A model generated the notes under the pieces. The model was not told the DNA's origin, ran no database searches, and worked only from the letters and a program-made list of their open reading frames with translations. A DNA stretch of 64,000 nt. It comes from Roseobacter sp. (GTDB lineage Bacteria > Pseudomonadota > Alphaproteobacteria > Rhodobacterales > Rhodobacteraceae). The stretch's first letter is position 1, and every line of letters begins with the position of its first letter. The position numbers and the translations under genes were made by a program. The stretch lies in the NCBI GenBank assembly GCA_002731875.1, contig PCCY01000007.1, positions 22,637 to 86,636 on the forward strand, in the 5' to 3' direction. This document shows positions 57,149 to 64,000 of the stretch, one piece after another.

Positions 57149-57964
57149 ATGAATATGAAGTTTTCGTTAACACTAGCGGCGCTTGTTGCGTTTGCGGCAC
57201 CAGCCGCAATGGCCGCCACAATTGTGGTGGATGATTTTACCACCCCGGGGGGTGTTTTTTCCAATGGTGGCGGTAACCCGGACACGGCAGCATTTGCTGG
57301 ACCCGGCATTATCGGTGGTGAACGTTATATGTGGGTTTCTACAGATACGTTTCCTGATCCACGCTTTGGCACTCAGTTTGAGGCAACCGGCGGTGGGTTG
57401 AACTTTACCAACGGCACCGGTGCCAGAGGGCAAGCGGTTCTCGTATATGATGGCCCAGGAACACCGGCAACTACTACACCGTTTACGTTTAAAGACCTTC
57501 CGCAGCCGCCCTTTGCCAGCAGTACTTCTGCTGATATCCCGGTCAATGTAACCGGTCTGGGGGGTGTGGATTTGCTCGCCATTGGCGGTACAACCGCAAG
57601 CACCAAGTTCTCGTTCGAACTCAACAGCTTCGACGCTGGAGGTTCACTTGATTTCTACGCTTATGCGTTCGATCAAAGCGGGCGCATTGCAACCTACTTC
57701 GAGAATTTGACCAACCCCGGCGGTCAGATCAGCTTCAGCACCGATCTGCGTTTGGATCAATTCAATGATCCTTCCGGGATTGATTGGACAGACATCGGCG
57801 CACTTGCTTTCGCTGTTGAGTCCCGCACATTTGAATTCGATGGAGCAATCGGTTCGATCAGTGTCGTACCGCTTCCAGCTTCCGCATTCCTGCTTCTTGG
57901 CGGATTGGGCGGCCTTGCCGGTATGTCGTCGGCAGCAAGACGCCGTCGTCGTCGTCAGGCCTGA
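57149..57964 (+). CDS. secreted VPLPA-CTERM (PEP-CTERM variant) sorting-signal protein
   Basis: Signal peptide MNMKFSLTLAALVAFAAPAAMA. C-terminus VVPLPASAFLLLGGLGGLAGMSSAARRRRRRQA = motif + TM helix + Arg cluster. RBS GGGGGAAG. Confidence 0.85.
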   Translation: MNMKFSLTLAALVAFAAPAAMAATIVVDDFTTPGGVFSNGGGNPDTAAFAGPGIIGGERYMWVSTDTFPDPRFGTQFEATGGGLNFTNGTGARGQAVLVYDGPGTPATTTPFTFKDLPQPPFASSTSADIPVNVTGLGGVDLLAIGGTTASTKFSFELNSFDAGGSLDFYAYAFDQSGRIATYFENLTNPGGQISFSTDLRLDQFNDPSGIDWTDIGALAFAVESRTFEFDGAIGSISVVPLPASAFLLLGGLGGLAGMSSAARRRRRRQA

Positions 57965-58016
57965 GCCACAAGAATTTAACCCGGGACGAAACGCCCCGGG
58001 TCAGATATCAAAGAAG

Positions 58017-58047
58017 CCACGGCAAGCATCGCTTGTCGTGGTTTTTT
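58017..58047 (+). terminator. rho-independent terminator after the VPLPA-CTERM gene
   Basis: CCACGGCAAGC atc GCTTGTCGTGG (11-bp stem with one G-U pair) followed by TTTTTT. Confidence 0.7.
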
Positions 58048-58591
58048 CGTTTGGCGGCGCTGATGCTTTGGCACCTTTCTGCCCCAAACACACAGCGTGC
58101 CGGACCGACCCGATAGCTGACAAGCCCGAAGTCCATGCATTTGAATGTTCACGAATCACAAGTCGGCGGATTGTTCCCAATATTTTTTAATTTGCGCGAG
58201 ATCTCGCTGAACGTGTGCCATAATGCTCGTGCAAACGTCATCGCAATGCTATCAACCCGAGACACCAATTTAATACAACGATACGCAGTGATGAAAGGAC
58301 GAGCAATGTTCACGACCGGCCGCGCAATAATGTTATCAAGCCGCAGACATAATCGAGAGCGGCGTTGTTTTACTGGCGTTTCGGCAATTCTAATCTCACG
58401 TACCGAGACCTGCGCCCAGTACGAACCTGGGACAACTCTTGCGTTTAGAAGATTTTGAAATGATTCGTATTCTAAACAACACGGGAAGCGCGGAAACAAC
58501 TTGCAAGCGAAAAATCCGTTTTTTGCCCTATTAATGCCCAACTTTGTTGTGAGCTTAGGTTCAACAACCTTTTATTGGACACTTGAGAAGA

Positions 58592-61252
58592 ATGGAAAGC
58601 ATGATGAACGGACTGAACCCTACCCGTGCGCGCCTTTTGGAAACCTTCGGCCTGGATGTAGAACTGACCCGGGGCGATGGCTGTAAGCTTTACGATGCCG
58701 CAGGACGTGAGTACCTCGATTTTCTATCGCAGTATGGCGCGTTGCCTTTTGGTCATAATCCCTCCCAGATCTGGAAGGCACTGAACCTTCAGCAAGAGGC
58801 TATGCAACCTGTTATGGTACAGCCTTTGCGCGCCGTCGGAGCAGAGCGTTTGGCCAACCGGCTGGCCAGCATTACCCCACATGATCTTAGTGTGGTTTCG
58901 TTGGCTAATTCTGGTGCCGAAGCAGTCGAAGCCGCGATCAAGCTTGCACGTGCTCGAAGCGGTCGGGATATCATTCTCTCCACTCACAACGGGTTTCACG
59001 GTAAGACCATGGGTGCCTTGTCCGCGACAGGTAAGCCGATGTACCAAAAGGACTTTGGCGGACCGGCTCGAGACTTTGAATATATCGCGTTCGGCGATAT
59101 TGAGGACCTCGAAGCTAAGCTCGAAGCCGACCATGGCTCTATCGCCGCGTTTATTGTGGAGCCAATCCAAGGCGAAGGCGGGGTGGTCTGCCCGGCTGAC
59201 GATAGTTATCTTAATGATGTCATCGCACTATGCCGCAAGTACGGCGTGCTGAGCATCATCGACGAAATCCAGACCGGGTTAGGCCGGACTGGCCGACTTT
59301 TTGCGTGTGAGGAATGCGAACAAGCACCGGATATGCTGCTGCTCGGTAAAGCATTGGGCGGAGGTTTGATGCCAATTTCTGCCGTTGTTGTCAGACCTGA
59401 GGTCTGGGATGATCGCTTCGGGCTCCTACATAGCTCGACTTTTGCGAACAACAACCTTGCCTGCGCGGCAGCTAATGCGACATTGGATCTTATTCTTGAT
59501 GATGACAGAGCCTTTATCAAAGATATCGCGCAAAACGGTGACTATTTCCAAGAACAGTTGGAAGCACTCAAGGATCGTTATCCCGGGGTATTGATCGACG
59601 TTCGCGGAAGGGGTTACATGCGCGCCCTCGAGTTCCGTAAACCGGTAGAGCGCGCCGATTCAGCATCGATGGCATTTTGCGGATTAAACGGCGGATTTAT
59701 CGGGCTGTTGAGCTCGTACCTTCTTAACGTAGAGGGAGTGTTAACGGCTCCTGTCTTCAATGATGCCAAAGTAATGCGTTTGCAGCCGCCCCTTATTGCG
59801 GGTCGTGCCGAAATCGACCGGTGCATTTCCGCGCTGGACTCCGTATGCGGCGTGCTGAACCGTGGTGATTACCACATGCTCATGCGGCACCTTGTGACGC
59901 CTGAGCGGCGGGAACAATTGGAACATACAGCACCGACTGCGCCTCAGCAGGGTCCGGCCCGCGACGTGCCGGGATCTGCTCCAGGCAGATTCTGTTTCCT
60001 TATCCATTACACGCAGGAAGCGGATCTTTTGCGTTCCGATCCATCCTTCGCAAACTTTACTGCCGAAGAACGATCCACGTGGCTTGAATGGGTGAAGCGG
60101 GTTGGACCCGGGTTCGCATGGCCGGTATCAGGGGGCACCTCGCGCGACGGAAGCACGACCGAAGGAATGATCATGTCCGTCCCGCTCTTGCCTACCGACA
60201 TGATGGGGAAAGGCCGCAGAGAAGCCCGAGGCATGATCCAGGCCTCGGCTGGCATCGCCGCCGAATTTGGCGCAAGTCGACTAGGTCTTGGGGCGTTTAC
60301 GTCAATCGCCACCAATGGAGGTGCCGCAGTAGCTGGCCGCGGCGTGCCGGTCACCAGCGGCAACACCCTAACCACCGTGTCTGGCGTGACGGCGCTCGAA
60401 CGGGCTGCATGGCGTGCCGGTATTGATCCGGCCACCGCGAATGTTGTCGTCGTCGGCGCTACCGGAGCAATTGGTCGGTTGGCAAGCCTGATGCTCGCCC
60501 GCCGAGCAAATCAGCTAACCCTGGTAGGGAACGCCAGCAACAGGCAGGCTCAGCAATTCCTGGACCGCGTCACGGATGAAGTGGTGCACATGCTGTCGAA
60601 CGAGCACCCGTCTCCAAGCGCAGGGGGATTGAACCGTTGCGTACGCGAATATCTTGAACCGCAAGGTGATGAGATGACCAAGGGTGTGGCAAATGAATTC
60701 GCTCGTGCCTGTGCCGAACGCGGCAGATCCGTTCCCATTACCGCGACCACTGATTTGAGCAAAGCGCTCGCGACCGCAGATCTGGTGCTGGTGGCGACCA
60801 GCGCAGAGGTTACTTTCCTCGATCCGACGCAACTGCGTCCCGGCACAGTCGTATGCGATGTGGCGCGCCCCCCGAACGTGGCACATGCCGATCTTACGGA
60901 AAACGGGGTGCTCGTTTTCGACGGTGGCTTGGTCACACCCCCATTCCCGGTAAACCTTGGACCTTTCCAGAACCTCCCGGAAGATCTTTGCTGGGGCTGT
61001 CTCGGCGAGACGATGCTGTTGGCGCTTGAAGGCGAGACCGATGATTACAGTCTGGGACGCGACCTGAGCCTTGTGGACGCTGACCGTATATCAGAAATGG
61101 CCCGCCGCCACGGCTTTGAGCCTGCCGAGCCACAATGGTATGGTAAGTCATTGACCGATAGCGATTTTAAGCGTGTGGCAATGGCAGTAAGCCAGCGACG
61201 GAAAGCAGAGTATCGCTCCAAGAAGTCTGCGAAAATTTGGGCGGCAGAATAA
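58592..61252 (+). CDS. class-III (omega) aminotransferase fused to an acyl-ACP-reductase (AAR)-like NAD(P)-binding domain
   Basis: N-terminal half: SGAEAVEAAIKLAR, DEIQTGLGRTG, LLLGKALGGG (PLP Lys). P/A-rich linker. C-terminal half: FCFLIHY, LGLGAFTSI, TSGNTLT, VVVVGATGAIG, GCLGETMLLALEG, RHGFEP parallel cyanobacterial AAR as I recall it. Start ATG 58592 (58601/58604 possible). Confidence 0.8.
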   Translation: MESMMNGLNPTRARLLETFGLDVELTRGDGCKLYDAAGREYLDFLSQYGALPFGHNPSQIWKALNLQQEAMQPVMVQPLRAVGAERLANRLASITPHDLSVVSLANSGAEAVEAAIKLARARSGRDIILSTHNGFHGKTMGALSATGKPMYQKDFGGPARDFEYIAFGDIEDLEAKLEADHGSIAAFIVEPIQGEGGVVCPADDSYLNDVIALCRKYGVLSIIDEIQTGLGRTGRLFACEECEQAPDMLLLGKALGGGLMPISAVVVRPEVWDDRFGLLHSSTFANNNLACAAANATLDLILDDDRAFIKDIAQNGDYFQEQLEALKDRYPGVLIDVRGRGYMRALEFRKPVERADSASMAFCGLNGGFIGLLSSYLLNVEGVLTAPVFNDAKVMRLQPPLIAGRAEIDRCISALDSVCGVLNRGDYHMLMRHLVTPERREQLEHTAPTAPQQGPARDVPGSAPGRFCFLIHYTQEADLLRSDPSFANFTAEERSTWLEWVKRVGPGFAWPVSGGTSRDGSTTEGMIMSVPLLPTDMMGKGRREARGMIQASAGIAAEFGASRLGLGAFTSIATNGGAAVAGRGVPVTSGNTLTTVSGVTALERAAWRAGIDPATANVVVVGATGAIGRLASLMLARRANQLTLVGNASNRQAQQFLDRVTDEVVHMLSNEHPSPSAGGLNRCVREYLEPQGDEMTKGVANEFARACAERGRSVPITATTDLSKALATADLVLVATSAEVTFLDPTQLRPGTVVCDVARPPNVAHADLTENGVLVFDGGLVTPPFPVNLGPFQNLPEDLCWGCLGETMLLALEGETDDYSLGRDLSLVDADRISEMARRHGFEPAEPQWYGKSLTDSDFKRVAMAVSQRRKAEYRSKKSAKIWAAE

Positions 61253-61388
61253 TAATCCATTTCAATATGGCAACCGCCTTGTTCATCGGCACACAGGCAG
61301 CCTGAACATCTACCTCCAGGAGGACGAAGAATCCAAGACCTTGGATTTAGCCCGCTCACTCCGTGTATCTATCTCGCGCGGTAGAATT

Positions 61389-61886
61389 TCACGGAGACTG
61401 ACCGCTACTCACTTTGGCACCACTGCTGTTGTCGCATAAGTTTACGTCAGTAGCCGGAAGCATATGAACCATAAACCATGCGACGCTTGTGTTAGCTTCC
61501 CAGACGACAAATGCTCCCAGTGGACGATAGCGAATGGCGAGGGCGGCACGACGATAGGTGGGAACAGTCACATAGTTTCGGGAAGCGGAATAGTATCGAG
61601 ATAAATCGCTGTTGAGCATGACCCACTTTTGTCCCGCCCGCGGTATTTGTTTAAACCACTTTCCGTTCAAAGACGCCCGGTCTGTCCCGTCCGAGAAGTG
61701 AATGGCGACGACGCGGCTTGTGGAAGCGCATATACAACCAAAGATCGCCATCTCAGCTTGCCGCCTGTAATCGAAAACCGCCTCCAGATCAGTGCGGCCG
61801 TGACGGTTTTGAAGAAGGTGAGGAGGATCAGAAAACAGTCCGGGGGTCCGTTGTCCGTACGTAAACTGGCTGCGGTATTCTAACAA
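61389..61886 (-). CDS. hypothetical protein (165 aa), coding status uncertain
   Basis: Longest ORF in the 61.3-61.9 kb gap. No recognisable motif and no convincing RBS seen. Confidence 0.3.
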   Translation of the reverse strand: MLEYRSQFTYGQRTPGLFSDPPHLLQNRHGRTDLEAVFDYRRQAEMAIFGCICASTSRVVAIHFSDGTDRASLNGKWFKQIPRAGQKWVMLNSDLSRYYSASRNYVTVPTYRRAALAIRYRPLGAFVVWEANTSVAWFMVHMLPATDVNLCDNSSGAKVSSGQSP

Positions 61887-61984
61887 CTTCCTTCACCGCT
61901 CACTGAGGCTCTGAGTTCGTGCCAGCGCGATACCCTTTGATTGCATTGGCCCGAATTTGTCGGAGACCATCAACACAACCAAGA

Positions 61985-62760
61985 ATGATGGTTATGACAT
62001 AAAGCAAAATATCTGTTCGCCAGATGCCCGCGCCCGGGCGGTCCTAACGGAGATCGGACATCAAGGCCCATACGAAACACAGGCAGGCGGGATGGTGGGC
62101 GTTGGACGCATGACTGGCCGTTTTCCCAGACGTTGCGCGGATAGGTCAAGCAGCCGAGAAGACCAAAGCCATGCGCGACGAAGTGACAGTCGAGAAACGT
62201 GATCTCATCAAGTCGTCTGAACGAGAGAACCGTGAACTGTCCCACCCGAATGAATTTCTCCGCTAATCATCGCCACATTTTGCGCCTCCCTCGCGCATGA
62301 CATCATGCGTTGCTGGGCAGCGGACGGAAACTCGACCGCTCATTGAAACGATAATTGCCTTAATTGAGGGGCAGCGCACAACTTGCGGCGTCGGGTCGAT
62401 CAGCGGGGTGCGGCTGATTGCACCGTCTATATATTTCCGCCACCTGGCATGCATCGCTGATCGAACTCACGCCTGGGCGAGGCATCAGCGGGATATGGAG
62501 CTGCGTTTCGAGATCAACAGGCTCCTGGATGAGAACGGCCGGATGATTGAGGTGCCCAAGTGTAGACGTCAAATGAAACGTGACGGCGTCGAGAGGTCCG
62601 GATGCGCAGTTGAAAGAGTGATGAAGCAAATCGGTATGTGGGGTGAACGCGTCATCTCGGACGGGGCGATCCGGGTTTGCGGCGTGTTGACCTTGATGGG
62701 GACCAACGAACTGGTTGATCTGCTGGCAATTGGACAGAAACCTCTAAGCCTGGCGATGTG
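61985..62760 (+). mobile_element. decayed IS3-family element (orfA with in-frame stops, orfA/orfB junction, N-terminal part of orfB)
   Basis: SPDARARAVL..., QTLRG*VKQ, SERENRELSHPNEFLR* (leucine-zipper tail). Then IAPSIYFRHLA...HQRDMELRFEINRLLDENGRMIEVPKCRRQMKRDGVERSGCAVERVMKQIGMWG. All are typical IS3 landmarks, but the frames are broken and the DDE core is missing. Confidence 0.65.
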
Positions 62761-62786
62761 ACGTGATGTGATGTGATGTGATGTGA
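62755..62786. repeat. pentanucleotide microsatellite, (GTGAT)4-5 with an imperfect 5' extension
   Basis: gatgtgacGTGATGTGATGTGATGTGATGTGA read directly, at the junction of the two IS remnants. Confidence 0.9.
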
Positions 62787-63319
62787 ATCGATTGATCATC
62801 CTTCCGCTTTTGCACAACACTGATCTGACCAAACAACCGGTGGTGAATCCGCTTCCTTGCTTCAGCGTTTTCAGGGAGTTGGAATAGCCTGATCGTTATG
62901 GCAGAACCACTTGACGCAAACGCTGCGCTGATCACGTTGATTTCTCCATACTGACCTGCCACTGAACTTTCACCCAGCTGGAACCGGAGCGCTTTGGGTT
63001 GATACGCCGATTGGCGCAGGTTGCGGTGAGCAGCCCGTCGGCGGAAGTCCTGGACTGGTAGGAGCCATCTTGCGCTCCGCCCCGACAAGGCGGCAGGCCA
63101 GATTGACCTGTAGAGGTGCAACTGCTTCTCGCTTTACGGCGGGCCTTACCGTACTTTTTTCCGCAGTTCCTTCATCGCTGCCGCCACACGTCGACGTCAA
63201 AGCATAGGATGTCCCTACCGACATCCCGAGCTTGCGGCACAGATCGGCAGACTTTGCACCCGCCTAAGCTCGGTCAGAATGCTCATGGCCTGTTCTTCGC
63301 TGTGTCTCGTTCGCTTCAT
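62787..63319 (-). mobile_element. decayed IS3-family (IS407-like) orfA and start of orfB
   Basis: The minus strand reads MKRTRHSEEQAMSILTE..., GMSVGTSYALTSTCGGSDEG (cf GIS..TFY.W..KYGGM), REAVAPLQVNLACRLVGAERKM (orfB N-terminus). Several stops and frameshifts. Confidence 0.55.
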
Positions 63320-63527
63320 CGTCCGTCCCTTCGTTGGGTAGGACTATCGTTTCAAGTGGAGGAAATATCCCGAGGCAATCCAACGCGTGGGTCTGATACG
63401 ACCGACTGGGGCAAGTCAATCGAACGTCACATGCGAATGGAACCCTTACTCAAGAGCAAGCCGCGTCAGGATTGTTTCCCCGTCGGTTACCGGACGCGGC
63501 ACCGACAGGGTATTTTTAGGGGCGGCT

Positions 63528-64000
63528 TCAGGCAAGTTTTGCGGCCATCTCCACAAGGCGGCGGGTTTGGTGCCCGATGGCGGATTTTACGTCTTCGGAA
63601 AATTCCGCGCCCTGTGTGTGGCTATAGCCATAGGGGTTACCACCGGTCTTGAAAATCACCTCATCGGTGTAGCCGGGAACAACCACAATCGCCCCCCAAT
63701 GCATCGCCGTGATGTAAAACGAGCTGAGCGTGGTTTCCTGCCCACCATGGGCGTTCTGTGCAGACGTCATCGCTGAGATCGGCTTGTTCGCGAGCGCCCC
63801 CTTGCTCCACAGCCCGCCGAGCGTGTCAATGAAGGCGCGCATCTGGCTGGCCATCACGCCAAAGCGGGTACCGGCAGAGACGAGATAGGCGTCGGCCCAT
63901 TCCATATCTTCGACAGATGCCTCTGGGATATCAGCCGTCGCGTCGGCGTGGGCTTTCCATGCGGCCTGACTATTGACTGCTTCGGCAGGTGCGGTTTCGC
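63528..64000 (-). CDS. wrbA: NAD(P)H:quinone oxidoreductase WrbA (N-terminus outside window)
   Basis: [55 protein letters not shown]. The frame stays open upstream of the listed Met to the window edge. Confidence 0.85.
   Translation of the reverse strand, partial: ETAPAEAVNSQAAWKAHADATADIPEASVEDMEWADAYLVSAGTRFGVMASQMRAFIDTLGGLWSKGALANKPISAMTSAQNAHGGQETTLSSFYITAMHWGAIVVVPGYTDEVIFKTGGNPYGYSHTQGAEFSEDVKSAIGHQTRRLVEMAAKLA

Noticed and set aside
1-64000. Search for tRNA/rRNA genes, CRISPR arrays, integrase genes or att-like tRNA fragments at the island edges.
   Set aside because: I found no T-loop/acceptor-stem candidates in intergenic regions, no regularly spaced repeats and no intact recombinase ORF by eye. 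tRNAscan-SE, Infernal and CRISPR-finder runs would be needed to be certain.

Overview
This is a 64-kb GC-rich segment that reads like an alphaproteobacterial (Rhodobacterales-type) chromosome. All calls come from reading the ORF translations and the DNA by eye; no searches were run. 1-14.6 kb: the tail of a cyoBCD ubiquinol-oxidase operon, a RES/Xre toxin-antitoxin pair, and an HWE histidine kinase plus receiver. Next come a radical-SAM gene and a DUF4130::UdgX-like uracil-DNA-glycosylase fusion, directly behind a perfect GAAC-N7-GAAC (alphaproteobacterial LexA-box) motif. An RHH regulator, two hydrolase-type genes, a decayed epimerase fragment and an rfbCBDA dTDP-rhamnose operon follow. 14.6-20 kb: IS debris, a flavin amine oxidase and an orphan secreted protein. 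20-57 kb: a large, compositionally mosaic exopolysaccharide/exosortase locus. It encodes an EpsG-type polymerase, a priming sugar transferase, a specialised NusG paralogue, a UDP-sugar dehydrogenase/epimerase pair, six glycosyltransferases, acyl/acetyl/formyl/sulfo-transferases and two deacetylase-type genes. It also carries an ATP-grasp::LMW-phosphatase fusion, an MsbA/PglK-like ABC exporter (no Wzx), an AsnB-type amidotransferase, an exosortase::EpsI fusion, a PEP-CTERM-type ATPase, a chain-length determinant, a kinase-like ATPase, a Wza-type exporter and a PrsT-like TPR lipoprotein. 57-61.3 kb: the only sorting-signal substrate (a VPLPA-CTERM protein) sits behind three phased 11-bp direct repeats. 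Beside it is the most unusual gene of the window, an 886-aa class-III aminotransferase fused to an acyl-ACP-reductase-like domain (predicted thioester -> aldehyde -> amine module). 61.9-63.4 kb: two convergent IS3-family remnants around a (GTGAT)n microsatellite, then wrbA. No rRNA, tRNA or CRISPR array was seen.
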